Positions 47,201 to 61,312 of a stretch of DNA of 64,000 nucleotides are shown in pieces. The stretch's first letter is position 1. Each line of letters opens with the position of its first letter. Made by a program: the position numbers and the translations under genes. The DNA is taken from NCBI GenBank assembly GCA_010909165.1, contig VJWM01000108.1:310001-374000 (forward strand), written 5' to 3'. This stretch comes from Anthoceros angustus. Taxonomy: Eukaryota > Plantae > Anthocerotophyta. The notes beneath the pieces are model-generated. The model did no database searches. It saw only the letters and a list, made by a program, of their open reading frames with translations, and was not told the DNA's origin.

Positions 47201-50200
47201 TGTTAGAAATAATTTAGTACAACATATCCAAATATATTAAGAATATTACCCTAAAAAGAGGTGATGAAGAGTGCCCTAAAAATAACAAACTTGTATACCT
47301 GTAGAAACACATGTATCTTCTAGAGAATATATTTTAGAAAGCCTAAGAGTAAAGGGCAAGTCAACACACCAATATGATAAAAAGCCTAAGAGTAAAGGGC
47401 AAGTCAACACACCAATATGATAAAAAGCCTAAGAGTAAAGGGCAAGTTAACAGACCAATAGGATTCAAGGCTGAGGACTATATAAGGCCAAGCCCACCTA
47501 GTGTGGGGTGTGGTGTGTGCAATTGTGCTTATGTGCTAGTACCTAGTGTGCCTAGTGCATATAACATATATTGTATGAGAGTGTTGTGTTCCCTCTCAAT
47601 AAAGGCTCGGCTCTTCTACACTATGGTATTAGAGCCATGTTCAAAAGCCTTGTAGAGTCCTCCTGACACTCTTAATTGCATATTTGAGTCAACCTCTAGT
47701 GCATTTGTGCTTGTGAATATTTGAGTCAACTTTGAATACATGTCTGCTTGCAAGAACTTGTGTGCAATTGCATACTTCATAGCCTTGCACTTGGAAGAGC
47801 TTGTGTATAAATACACAACTGTTAGCATACTTCATAGCCTTGCACTTGGAAGAGCTTGTGTATAAATGCACAACTCTTAGCATACTTCATAGCCTTGCAC
47901 TTGGAAGAGCTTGTGTATAAATGCGCAACTCTTAGCATACTTCATAGCCTTGCACTTGGAAGAGCTTGTGTATAAATGCACAACTCTTAGCCTTGTGCTT
48001 GTGAGAACTTGTGCGCAATTGAGAAGGTCTTGGTGGTAGTCCTTGTAGTGCATGTGCTTGAGTCAAGTTCTAATATATTTGTGCTTGTGAGAACTTATGT
48101 GCAATTGCATACTTCATAGCCTTGAACTTGGAAGAGCTTGTGTATAAATGCATCACTCTTAGCCTTGTGCTCACAAACTTATACTCAATTGAGAAGGTCT
48201 TGGGAGTAGTCCTTGTAATGCATGTGAGTAAGATGCTCTGATATCAACGATTAACTAAGGGAACCTAGGCATAATGTCAACAAGCATGGAGACACGTTCA
48301 GTGGAGAAGTTTAGAGGCATGAACTTCACATTGTGGAAGTTGAAGTTGAAGATGCTTTTCATCAACTAAGAACCACGGAAGTTCATCGACAACGGCTTTT
48401 AAGAAACACCCACCGAAGCGGACACTAAGAAAGATGGATGAGCGCTGGCAACAATCTTCCTCAATGTGTCCGATGACATACTCTCTTAATTGAGTGAGTG
48501 TGCATTCTCAGAAGCGGCATGGGCGATCCTCAAGAATACATATGAGAAGAAGAGCTTGGTGAATGAGATGTTGTTAGAGCAATAATTTGCCAACTTCAAG
48601 ACGACCGAGAGTGACACCATTCAACAACATGTCAACAAGTTGCCCTACTAGAAAAGGGCACCCTATGTTACACTTTATGTTAAGATTTGGACCCCTGGAT
48701 GTAACACTCATGTTGCAATTTTGGGGTCATGTAACACTTTTGGGCCCCTTGTTACACTTTGGCTTGGAAACCATACCACGGTGTTGTTGCAATCATGTTG
48801 CAATGGTGTTGCAATTATGTTAAGATGAAGTGAGAGGTGGTTTTGCCCTCTCTCAAAATTGCAACATGATTGCAACATCTAAAGTGTTACAAGAGAGGTC
48901 TTGTAACACTTTTGGAGGCTTGGTACCGAACCTCCTCCCCATCCACCATTGCCCTTTTACTTTTGCCCTTTGAAATACCACGTTTTACTTGGTAGTTACC
49001 ACCGATACGCCCTTCAATACGACCATATATAAAATACGTATCAATACATCCTTGTACTATCGCATGTAGTCTACGGTGATAAATGTAATGTATTATTCTA
49101 AGTGCTATACGGTGTATTCAATTTCATATAAAATAAGTTTGTATATTACGTATTACATACATTATGAAATACATATTCATGGTACGATACTTTGTATTTA
49201 CTATACGTGTAAATAGCGACGGCCCTTTATACCCCTACTTTATAGCATGCCGGCTTGCGGTTTGTCCTTCCCACGTCAACAATAGCCATCGGCTTCCTGC
49301 CATGGCGCCCAAGAAGATATTGTCCCCACCTATCACCTTATTGTGACGCATCACTGTGAGGTTATGCCCCTACAAGATTGTGCTGTGCGGAGGAGATTTG
49401 GTATGCGCTGGCTTATGCTTTTACGCCTCCATGTAAGGCACTTCCTACTCCATCGTATGCACCTACGAAACTTCCGCCTCCCGTTCGATTCGCAATTTTC
49501 TTCTTCCCTCCCACTTGCGTTCGGCGAGGCAAGCTTTGCCACTTCCTCCGCTTCCCTCCACCTGCAGGCACACATTGCACATACAAACCAGCATGGCGTC
49601 ATGAGTTATCCAGCGTTAATGGGTTTCCAGTGTCCATTTGCCTTACCTTCCCTCCGGTCCCTCCTCTTTTCTTACGCCTTCTTGCTGGACATTTTCCTCT
49701 TCCGTCCTCCTTCTTCCGGTAGCCGCCGTGCCCTTGTCACTTGCCCACCGCCGCCTCCTCTACTCCTCCTCCGTTTTCCTCTTCGGCCTCCACCCTTTAT
49801 CACGGTGGCATTGCCTCAACTGGGCTCCACTATGCAGTCCATGCTCTCGGCCGAGGCAAGGTATGTGTCTGCACAAATTAGGCACATCGTCCTCTTGACC
49901 GCCTCCTCTGCTGCGTCCATGTTCTCTGCAGCGTCCCCCCGTCTGTCCCCACGGCCTCCATCTGCATTGGCCTTTTGCCGATATCAAGCACTGCATGTTG
50001 CCCTCTTAGTCCTCCTTCATTCTCTCTCCCCTCGACATCGCCTCATGTTCGTTCACGCCTTTTGCCCCCGCCACCATGGCTGCTGGGTGATCCACTCGTC
50101 AGTCCTCCGCCACCCGCTCCTCCTAGTCCCCTGCGATTTTTGGCTGTCCATAGTGCACACAAGTGTGTTTCTTCGTGATGGTTCGGTTGCCCCTCCGTGC

Positions 50201-53200
50201 TCCACCACCCGACTCGCCTCCACACACCTTGTTCCCGCCTCCATCGGCGTCGTCACTCCATCGATCCCAACGGCCTCCACCCTCCCCATACATGGCCGTC
50301 ACTGGCGGTCTCACCCTCCACCTCTTTTCCATTATTTGCTTGCTGCCCACCGACATGCCCTCGTGCCTCCATTGACCCCAATCCGGGCATGCGGCTTCCA
50401 CCATCCCTAGGCAATCGTGGTGTCGCGGGCACCACAATATTCCACCATCACTCGGTTCCCTCCGCCTCCCTCCTGCATGCTTCCTCAAGACCGCCTCCCG
50501 TCTCCACTTCCCGCTCCTTGTTCATCGTCGCCTTTCCCCATTCAAAGTCCGTTGTCCCTCGCCCCTCGGCCTCCTTCCTCCCAAGCCCCTTCCGCCATGC
50601 ATTCCTTGATAGCCTCTCGTCCATGTCACCACCTCGTGCACCATCGTTGCCTCCACCCCTTCCTTCCGTCGTCTCGGAAAGGCCACCATATCGGGATCCA
50701 TCTTCAATTCAATGTCGTTAAGCAAAATGGTCATTTCCTTGTTCTCCTTGCAATAGCTGAACCTCTAGGATCTTTTCATACACTCCCTATCTTACTCAAG
50801 GAACTCGGGGTAACCCCACTATCGCCTTTCACGATTTCCACCCTTTCCCTTCTAGCAATCACGCCACCGCCCGTCCTCGAAAGGTTGCCTCCCTTGTCTC
50901 AAGCTTGAACTGCCCGGCATGCAGTGCACATGTGTTACCCGTTTGTCCACCATGCCCACTCATCCGGCTGCAAACTTGAGCGTGTGCACACTTTGCCGTC
51001 ACTTGCCATTAACGCGAGTGCGAAACCCACCTCATCCAATGTAAATAGCTCTTCATCTATTTCCTTCACTTCGCGATGCTCCAACTCCGCATCCGTCGGT
51101 GGGAGGTTCCACGTCTCAAAGTCGTCAAAATCAAGTTTGGGCTCGCCATGTCGCCTCGCCTCTTACCTCTCGGCCGTCTTGACGAGGAGGCCGCTTCTTC
51201 ACATCGCCGATGTCGAATGGAGACCGGGTGCGGTGGATGAGCGAGATAGCCCGAGGCCATTTGGCCCCTCATCCTCCCACCCGGATACGTGCATCGTCGG
51301 CGTCCATTATGGTGTTCGCGCGCCGTGCGTGACTCCCTAGCAAGCTTCACCTCGCCATACTCCCCATCCTGCGAACCGGTTGTCCACCACCTTCGTGCCA
51401 TGCTGAAGGCAATGGCTTCCCTCTCAGGTGAAAGGTGCCAGGCCATGAGTCCCGGCTGTCGGAATTCAAGGCTGCTATTTTGAAAAAGCTTTGTTTGCAA
51501 AGGCCCAGCTGGTTGTCATTTACTCCTCTTGGCCGGGACGAGCGCGCTGATTGTGCACATGCTACTTGCCCATAATCAGAACAATTTTCTGACCACAACC
51601 TTGACAGACTTGGGAGCAAGTTTCATGTCCCATTGGTTACTGTACGTTACTCATGATGTATTATATTGCCCACATGGCGCCGCTCTCAATCGCCCATTCG
51701 CATTTTACCATTAATCATCGTCTTCCACTGACCAAAGATTGCCTTGTGCATCCAGGAGGGAGGAGACAATAGACTATAGCACTGTGCAAACCAATCACCA
51801 TACATGATTTATTCCACTTTCAGCACGCGTGACTCAGAAGTGACGTGCGCAAAGGGTGACTTGTCATGTCTGGTCAACGATGGACGGGCACCAAACCATA
51901 CCCATCCATTCCGCGGACAAGGCAGTCATCGAGTTTTATTGCGTGACATGGGAAGTACAAGTAGTGATCAAGGATGAAGGACTTTCCCATCCCAATGTTT
52001 AATTACGGTAAGCATATGTCCCCACATTGTGAGGTATAAACCGCCCCGCCACACGACGCGCCGTGCCCCGAGACGGCAAGAGCCAAGGGATGGCCCCTCC
52101 ATACCAGTCCTTGATGGCCGAGGGAGAGCAACCTCCCATCCATCATCCTCGATGGCCATCGTCATTGACAGGGAATTGCAGCCCTTGTCCTTAATGGCCA
52201 TCGTCGGTTTCCACCACCAGGCAACAATAATGTGCACACACTTCTGCAATGATCCACAGACACATACGAGCGGCGGAAGGCGGCGGTTTTGACTTATGCG
52301 GATTCCACAAACACTTTAGCTGCAGCATGGACTTGTAGGTAGGCGAATAGGGCCAAAAAGTGTTCACATCCGGCCTCACGAACCCCCAGCCATACCGTGT
52401 GTGGTCACCAGAACACCATGCCCGCACCATGTGGAAGGAACCACCTCGCCACCGAACGGCAAGTCCCCACGAGGATAGCCACGAGAGCCGCTCCACGCCA
52501 TGAGGCGGTGACACCGCCTCCAACCTTTGCAAAGGATCCTTGATGGCCATCAGATTTCTAGTTGTGCACGAAGATGGAGACATGAACACACGCCTCGTGG
52601 TGCGAACTACCACTCCACGCCCATTTAGGTTTCCGACGGAAGCTAGCTCCGCATACGTCAACATGTCCGTCATACATGGCATAAGGTAGCAGGAGAGCGC
52701 AGTGGCATGTTTCACGAAGAGGCTCGCCCGTGCGAGGATGACCAAGAGAAAGGTAGTAGCGTGAAGCGAGGGCAAGGTGGTGACATTTAAAGCGGACCAC
52801 CACCTTCTACCTCTTGTGCCCCAGCCACATCGGGTTGCGGATGAGAGGATCTTGAATTTCAACTGTTCCTTACATGTGACAAACCAAACATGGCAGGCTT
52901 TGATGGCTGCCGTCGACCAACAGTGACGGTTGCTGGTAAATGCAATGAGTGTGAAGCTGGCGCGCCGCGGCCATAAAGGAGCGCGGAATGCGAAGTTTGT
53001 TTTCATGTCTCCTAAGGGCTGGAAATCCTTTGCGACGGTGCGACGCCATAGTGACGTCAGAGCCGTCACCCTAGCATGGTGCCAGATGGCGTGAATACAT
53101 TATACGTTCTGCCATGTGACGCGCATGATTGGTGGAGAGCAGAATGGGAGTCTCGAACGATGGACATCATTATCTAGGAGAACGGGAATTGGCATATATG

Positions 53201-56200
53201 GCAAATTCACATACGGACGGTCCTTCATTCATGGCATAATGAAAGGGGGCATTTAGTTTGCTTGAATGGCTCTCACGTGCCACCCACCGTCCTTGCACAA
53301 TGGTGTAGATGTTGATATAGATTATTACAAAGCGATTGGGCAGTAGCGTCTGGTTCAAACGACCTTCGACGTGGCATGTTTTCTTCCATGCCATGAGTTT
53401 TCAATTATTCTAATGGCTTGCACCCACCTTCCTTGGACCATGGTGGAGGGAGAATTTTATTTGAGAGAAAGGGAACCATTGTCCTTGGTTCATGGCGGGT
53501 TGTAAGATGGCCATGACCTTGTCATGGCATGGCACTTCCTTGGTCATCGGCCACTCGAAATCGCATTGCAAACACTTGTCCTTGGGTCACGAAATGGTCA
53601 TAAAAAGCGGGGACTATATATGGCATGCATGGAGGAATGGCATCGTGGACAAGGAAGGTTTCGTGTTTGTGCACGTGCACAAACATGCGGTGAGGAAGGT
53701 GGCATGGCAAGGCAAGGAGCCATGGCATGCATGCCACGTAGTCCCCTTCTTGGATGGAAGCACGGCGAAGGATGGTCCTAGCGCGGCAAGTGAGGTGGGC
53801 ACGCCTGTGGAGAATGCGGATTCAAGTGGAGAGGTGGATGATCATCGCGTGGAGCGGAGGCGGCGAGAGAGGTGTCGGGTCTTTGGAGGGAGCAACTTCC
53901 AACAGCGGTGGAGTCTGCGCCAAAGAGGAGGACGATCTTTGAGCGGCCGCAAGGGAGTGGGTGTCTCTAATAGGTGGGGAGCTAACTGGAGCGCTGCGGA
54001 GAGAATCCAAAACTTTCGGAGGAGGAATCGCCAGGCCGTGACATCGGGAGGAGGAGGAATTTGGCGTGAGTCAGGAGAAAGAGGACTGTGGTGATCGGGA
54101 GGAGCATGGTGGTGCTGCCCAAGAGGCCGACCGTGGTGGCGAGAGAGAGGCCATTGGTCTTGTGGACCTTCATTCGGTGGCGATGGATAACCCCAACAAC
54201 GTGGGAGGAGGATGCCTGTGGAGGAGGAAAGCTGCTGCCACAGGAGGCTGGTCTGGAGGGAGGCGGGTGGCGGCAATGATGGGGAAAGCGCAAGCAAGGA
54301 GGCGGATGTGGAGATGGCGGATGATGAGGTGGAGACTGACATACCGACTACATTGCCACTACCTGAAATTGGAGAATTGATGGAGCAGTTGGCCGGTAAG
54401 CCACTAGACGACGTCATTGCCGTGTTGTGCAGGCTGCATGGGCGTGGTGGAGTGTACATGGCTGTGAGCCGGTTATGCGATGGAGGTTGGGTGGAGAATG
54501 AGGAGTTGGTGCGACGTGGTGATATGTAGGACGTGAGCTCTAAGTGATGTGTGTGCATGACGGGGAAGAAGGAAGGAAAGCGGTGGAAGGTGAAGGCCAT
54601 GTCGGGAAGGAAGGCATGATACTAGTGGAGAGAAGGAAGATGGAGGAAAGGTGGCAAGCAGGCGTCACCGTCAAGTGATCTTGGAGGCAACGTAGATGGT
54701 GGGGAACACGGATGTGGGAGCGGAGGCGGAGAGATGGTGGGGAACCTGGATGTGGGAGCGGGAGCACTGGAGAGATGGTGGGGAACCTGGATGGATGAGA
54801 GAATGTGGGAGCGCATGCCGAATGCAATCTGGAAAACAACCGTGGCAGGTGGGCCGTTTGTGGAGGGGGAATGTGAATGTTCAGAGCCATTTTCTTGCAG
54901 ACGCTGGAGTCGCCAATACGTGGGTGGACCGGTGATGGTCAATCAGCAACAAACAGATGGAATTGGTATTCCCACCTTTATAGCCTAGCATTTACAGGGG
55001 TCCTTCGCCGTGAAAGTGGTGATTGAGGCCACTGGATAGGTCTAGGAAGTTGTGGAGGAACCACGAAAACAATGGTGTTGGTGCGAAGAGTCACCAAGTG
55101 GCGTCGACGCATAGCCATATCACTTGGAAGACGTACATGTTTGTAGATAAAGCCAATTGCATCGGTGGCAACAAAGCCACCGATGTCGAAAGGGATAGAG
55201 GACGCTTGAACTATCCAAAATTCCAATTAATTTGTCAATAAAATCAAACACTTATATATGCAAGGTATGAGAGTGACGTAAGGGTTAGCACATATATATT
55301 ACTATATAAACAAGTCTTGACGCCTATATACATATATATACGTATACAAAGAGGCATATAAATACACTAATATAATATAAGTATAACGGATGGATGTGTA
55401 CATATATATGTACACATACTTACACATACTTATGTCTTGAAGCCTATACATATATATGTATACAAAGAGTATATGCAAAGGAGGTAAAAAGGAAGGAAGG
55501 ACAGGGAGAGAGGTCCTTGTACCATGTTGCAAGAGGAATAGTGGAAGAGTATAAAATGGTTGTGATAGGGGAGGTCCTTCTCACGGTCATGATGGAGGAG
55601 GAGAAGTGAAAGAGTATAAAAGGGTGTGATAAGGGGCAATAAATAGCGGTGAGGTGAGAGGAGAGAGACCAAGCATTGTGTTAAGATGGGGTGAGAAGGT
55701 GGATAAGAAAAGGACACCATGAACACCAAGCCACCATAAAGTGTTGCAATTTTGAAGTGGTACATGAAGTGAGAGACCAAGCATTGTGTTAGGATGGTGG
55801 AGAAGGAAGAGAAAAATGGACCAACTTAACACCAAGCCATCAAACATGTTGCAAGTTGGAAGTGTTACATAAAATTGCAACACGATCGTAATAAGGGCGG
55901 TGGGGAAATTATTAAAATGCTTGTGAGAGGGGTGTACCGGAAGGGTGAGGTGGGGAAGAGAGAGTGCAGTTCGTGTTAAGATGGTCGCACCAAACGGGAG
56001 AACTAACAAACTTAATACCAAGCCTCCAAAACATGTTGCAATGTGGAAGTGTAACAAAAAATTGCAACATCGACTGTAACATAGGGTGCCCTTTTCTAGT
56101 AGGGTTGAAAAACTTGGTAGATCAAATGAAGGCGGCGGACGTCAAACCTTCTGAAAAAAATGTTATCCTGGTGTTGTTGAGTAGCCGACCATCCGCATAC

Positions 56201-59200
56201 AATCAATTTATGTTGGCCTTCAGAACGGCGGTAGCGATGTATCCAAGCGATAAACCACCAGGGTAGTTGGGTTGCTCCTACAAGAGAAGTTGGAGAATTC
56301 CTTCAAGAAGGAAAAGAATGAAGACTCGGTGCTCTTCTCAAAGAAGGGAACAACACGTGGGAAGACTTCACAAGCCAACTGTGAAGAAGAATCGAAGGAG
56401 AAAGATGTGAAGAAAAAGGTGTAGGGTACTTGCCATTATTGCACGAAGCCTAACCACTGTGCCAAGCATTGTAGAAAAAGGTTTGCCGACTTGAAGAAGA
56501 AGGGAAAGGAGTCACAAAGCCAATCAAGTGAGTAAGGAGGAAGAACATCTCTGTGCTATCTCAACCGTAGAAAGGGTACTAACAGCGCCCATCAAAGAAG
56601 GATGAGAGTTTGTACCTCGACTCTGGAGTGTCTCAACACTTCACCTACAACTGTCCTTGGTTCTCAAGCTATGAAGAAATGACGGCGGGGTATAAGGCGG
56701 TGTTTGGAGACAATAGGTCACACGAGATGAAAGGAAGAGGTGTGATCAAAGTTCAACTCCCTAGAGGACCATCCAAAGGTACAATCAAGGATGTACACTA
56801 TGTGCCTAGTCTTGCAAAGAATCTCCTTTGAATAGCGAGAATCAGTGACCCAAAGAATGAGATTTGTTCAACTTGAGGGGATGTCGCATCCAATCCGAGC
56901 AACCCAAATCATCTAATATCAAGGTGATAGCTCAAGGAGTTTGAGAAGGCAATTTCTACAAGTTGTGTGCTTTTGTAGGTGATCAACAAGCTTGCACATT
57001 TGTATCAAGCTCGCCTGAAAGCACTGGGTCAATAGACTTGTGACATCATGGCTTGGGGCACACTGAGGTGGACAACATCAAGATCATGAAGAATCAACAA
57101 ATGATGAGGGCTTGGGTTTGAAGGAGATTGGTGAGCTGCGATTATGCTAAGGGTGCATAATAGGAAAGCTTTACCAAACCAAGTTCCCAAGGATTGGAGC
57201 GCGTTGAGCGACAAAGGCGTTGGAGCTTGTACATACCGATGTATGTGGACCAATGAAGAACCTTAGACATAGAGGAGCCTGCTACATTTTAATGTTTGTG
57301 GATGACTTTAGAAGGAGGAGTTGGACAAGTCTGTTCAAGAAGAAGTCTGACGTGTTCAAGACGTTCAAGGAGTGGAAGGTCGTGGTGGAGAAAGAAAGTG
57401 GAGAATGCCTCAAGACTCTGAGGAATGACAGTGGAGAAGAAAATCTCTTCTTAATTCTAAAGCTTTTGCAAGGAGCATGGCATTCGGAAGCAACTAACAA
57501 TTCTTCACACACCAAAGCAAAATGGAGTGGCGGAGTGCAAGCGAAAGAGCCTAGTGGATGCAGCTAAGTGCATGCTCATTAAAGTGGGTTGAAGGTACGT
57601 TATTGGGGAGAGGTTGTTGCTACAATAATTTATGTTTTGAATAGAGTTCGAACCAAGGCTGTACCTGGAATGACTCCAAAGGAGACATGGTTTGCTGTTA
57701 GACCCGACGTGAGTCATTTTAGGATCTTTGGTTCTGAGATTTATGCTCATGTTCCAAAGCAAAACCGAATTAAGTGAGATCCTAAAGGCATCCAGTGCAT
57801 CATGCTTGGGTACTTCGATGAGGTAAAAGGGTATAGATTATATGACCCTACAACCAAGAAAGTTATCTTTAGTAGGGATGTTGTTTTTCATGAAGTTGTG
57901 GAACCTAACAAGTAGTGGGAGCAACGCAAATTGTCTTAAAGGAATTGAAGGAGCGTGAAGAAGCACAAGACTTGGTTCTTGAGCAACCAACTCTTGAGCA
58001 TGCTAAATTTGTTCCTGAGCATGAATAACCTCTACCATAAGGCGACATAGAAGGTGGAGCTTCAAGGTGATGAAAATCTTCGTAGAAAATTTTAAAGTCC
58101 ATGGGTATGCAACATGCAAGTATGAAGAGGATCTGTTGGCAGATGTTGATAATTCGCAAAGCTTGAAGGAAGCCTTGGAAGCGTCAAAAGTGAAGGAGGG
58201 GGAGGAAGCCCTGGATAGTGAGTCTAACTCACTCATTAGGAACAAGACTTGGGAAATCACTCCTCTACCCCAAGCAAGGAAGTGTAAGCCTGTGAAGACA
58301 CCAATGGTGCTAAATGAGAAGCTCTCAAAGGAGAAGAGTCCTACAATTGAAGAAGAGAAGGAAAAGGTAGATAAAACTCTCTATCAGTGCGTTATTGGTT
58401 GCCTCACTAACCAATAGTACACTACAGGGACAAAGGCATGACATTGCAAAGGCAATGAAAGTTGCAAGTCAATTTATGACTAACCCTGGACAACAACAAG
58501 TTCAAGCCGTGAAAAGAATAATGAGATACTTGAATGGTACAAAGCATTGGAATATGGTGTATCAACAGGAGCATCACGGGAAGTCCGAATGGTAGGATAT
58601 TGTGATTCAGACTAGGCAGGAGATGTTGATAGTTGCAAGTCTACCACTGGATATGCGTTTATGTTGAATAGGGGAGTCATTTCTTGGAATAACTCTATCC
58701 TTTACCGAAGCAAAATATATGGCATACATGCTCTGTAGTCATAGAGACGATATGGTTGCGTAACTTGCTAGAAAAGATGGGATTCAAGCAAAAAGAAGCA
58801 ACAAAAATCTTTAACGATATCAAGGTTGCATCAGAAGGTCAAGTCAAAGGAGGTAAAACTAAAGTATTGTCCAACAGGAGATATGCCGGCAGATATTTTG
58901 ACCAAAGGCTTAACTTTAGACAAACATGCTAGGTCTAGCAAGATCCTAGGCCTAAGGGAATAATTTTGATATGTCGAGTGGGAGTGTTATAAATAATTTA
59001 GTATAATGTATCAAAATATATTTTGAATAGTGCCCTAAAATCAGGTGATGAAGGGTGCCTTAAAAATAACAAACTTGTATACCTTTCTATATCTTCTAGA
59101 AAGCCCCAGAGTAAAAGTGCAAGTCAACAAACCAACAGGATTCAAGGATAAGGACTATATAAGACCAAGCCCACCTATGTGTGGGGTTGTGGTGTGTGCA

Positions 59201-59479
59201 AGTGTGCTAGTACCTCATATGCCTAGTGCATATGCCAAGCCCACCTATGTGTGGGGTTGTGGTGTGTGCAAGTGTGCTAGTACCTCATATGCCTAGTGCA
59301 TATGACCGACCGAGAGTGTAACTCATATGCCTAGTGCATATGACCGACCGAGAGTGTAACTCATATGCCTAGTGCATATGACCGACCGAGAGTGTAACTA
59401 GTACCTAATGTGCCTAGTACATATCACCGACCGGGAGTGTTGTGTTCTCTCTCAATAAAGGCTCAGCTGTTTTCTAACA
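47201..59479 (+). mobile_element. Decayed Ty1/Copia LTR retrotransposon (LTRs 47201-47620 and 58985-59479), RT largely deleted, interrupted by a nested TIR element
   Basis: TG..CA LTRs sharing TGTTA(G/T)AAATAATTTAGTA and CTCTCAATAAAGGCTC; PBS TGGTATTAGAGCC (47624, tRNA-iMet-like); TSD ATATT/GTATT. Coding relics: gag VEKFRGMNFTLWKLKLK (48.3 kb), Zn-knuckle CHYC..PNH...C, protease YLDSGVSQH, integrase ELVHTDVCGPM, RNaseH GYCDSD*AGDVDS.KSTTGY and ADILTKGL, with many stops. Confidence 0.93.
48643..56104. mobile_element. CACTA/EnSpm-like DNA transposon with CCCTA termini (7462 bp), apparently non-autonomous
   Basis: Perfect 30-bp TIR CCCTACTAGAAAAGGGCACCCTATGTTACA at both ends and 3-bp TSD TTG (48640-42 / 56105-07). 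Dense subterminal TGTTACA/TGTTGCAA motifs in both orientations. Excision restores the Copia gag frame QHVNKL|KNLVDQMKAADVK. Confidence 0.9.
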
Positions 59480-59678
59480 GTATTGACATTCAATTGTACT
59501 AAAGGCTCAGCTTTTTTCTAACAATATTGACATTCAGTCCGACGTCTACTTCTAATGAACCCAATGAACCTAGGTACTCCTTGAGGGGAGAACACCGCTC
59601 TTTAGGCCTTAGAGGGAGGCATGTGGATGAAAAACTACCCAAAATTTCCTAAGCAAATGTGAATTTTTCTTCAGGCCT

Positions 59679-60796
59679 TTAAGAGTGGGGTACGGGGATT
59701 GAAAAGATCTCAGGGATGTGGGCGTTTGTGTATTTAGTGCGTTTGGATTCACGCCTCTTAGGCTTCTCCTTTGGCTTCTGCTGTGATCTGGGTAAGCCGG
59801 CCATGGTGTTCCGTCTTGCAGAGTTGGTGGCAGGCTTCATACCCGCCTTCATCAACTCCCGCTCCACATCAACAAACTCCCTAGGCAACTCAACGCCCCT
59901 AACAAGCTGCTTGAGGTCCTCGTCCACCTTGATCTTGATATTAGGGTCATTGGGATATACCACTTCTTCCTGGGAGTCGCTGTTTGTGAGTACCCACACC
60001 TCCCCAGCAGCCTTCAATTCCTGCATCGGCAGAGGGCCATCCGTGAGATACCACTTCCTCCTGGACCGCAAATCTCACGAAATGACCACCAATTCCACCT
60101 GCACATCCTGCACCACTCCCACATACGAGTCCTTCAAGTCTCCTAGAGGAATGCCATGCGGATCCGTCCGAATGCATCTAAGCAGCTCCGCCTTATTCTT
60201 CAGGTCATGTTTAGACTGCGCAGCAAAGCCCTCATCTCCGTCAGCTCACCGCTGCCTGAGATAAACAAACCGACGTGGCACATCTTTCTCTCCCTACCTT
60301 ATAGCAAAATCGTCGCCCGTCATAGGCAACCTTAGGATTGTTCTGCAGGCTCTCGAACACCTCCTTGTTTGCCTTGACATCGACATAGCATAAATCATTG
60401 ATTTCCTCCGGCAGCAGATTCTGCCGAGTCTGGAAAGCAACAAAGCACAATGTGAACACTTCCCCTCCTCCTCCTCGACCTTAAACTCTTTCTCCTTCAC
60501 CCGAATGGACAAGAGCTTGCCTCTAAAAGAACCCCTAGCACTCGCTTGATCTGTGCTCCCACAGGCGACTTCCGGATGGTGGCAATTTGCTGCAGCTTGT
60601 CTTGATCGTTGGTGAAGGAGAACCGATTGGCAAAGGGCACCACGGGCTGTGTCGCCGGAGGGGGCTGCGGCGGCTTCCTGGAAGCGGAAGTGGAAGGTTT
60701 CGCCTGCTGAGTGGCAGGACGAGCTGTCTTCGACAGCGAGGCCTGCAGCTTCGCCTGCTGCTTGTGGTATTGAGCCAATTTCTCGTGCAAAGCCAT
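59679..60796 (-). CDS. GTF2E2: General transcription factor TFIIE beta subunit; exons 60796-60521, 60429-60298, 60215-60099, 60020-59679
   Basis: MALHEKLAQYHKQQ...RKSPVGAQIKRVLGVLLE|TRQNLLPEEINDLCYVDVKANKEVFESLQNNPKVAYDGRRFCYK|SKHDLKNKAELL..GIPLGDLKDSY..|ELKAAGEVWVLTNSDSQEEVVYPND..TNAHIPEIF; all junctions in frame, intron 1 is GC-AG. Confidence 0.92.
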
Positions 60797-61312
60797 AGTC
60801 CTGCGCTCTACTGCGCGGAGCAGCAAACCCAAGCCTTCAGGTTCCAACGAGCCCAGAATGTTCAAGTCCCCCGTATTGACTGTAATAAAAGCTTTCTTAG
60901 ACAAACCCTAAAAAATGCACGGTTTAGAGACGTTTGCGAGACTGAGAGCCTGGACGTCCGAGGAACGTGCCATGCTTGCCTAGAGCAGCCCATCGTAATT
61001 CCTGATGTGTTCCCCTTCCGAGGCCAGCTTTGACTATGCGTTGTGTTGTCCTCAGAAAATGTTCGCGAAGTATGTGACGCAAAACGAAGAAGCCTCGGAC
61101 CTTGCCATGCAAGTTTGATACGGAAGCTGGAATTTACTGAGAAGAATACGAAGGGTTCCTCAGCTCCAGGACATCAAGTCAGGTATGTTGCCTACCGCAT
61201 CCTTCGATCATGTGAATAGCAACGAGCAACCGTTCAATGACAATTCACACAGAAGCCGAAGCCATCCTTGAACGGCGTACACGGTTGAGCATAGGCTAGT
61301 CCTTCATTTTTC

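Noticed and set aside
50760-50860. WGYPEFL as a MATH-domain motif inside the CCCTA element
   Set aside because: Seven-residue resemblance flanked by stops, with no other MATH features.
55280-55480. AT-rich TA/CA run as a regulatory element
   Set aside because: Degenerate microsatellite inside the transposon; no further signal.
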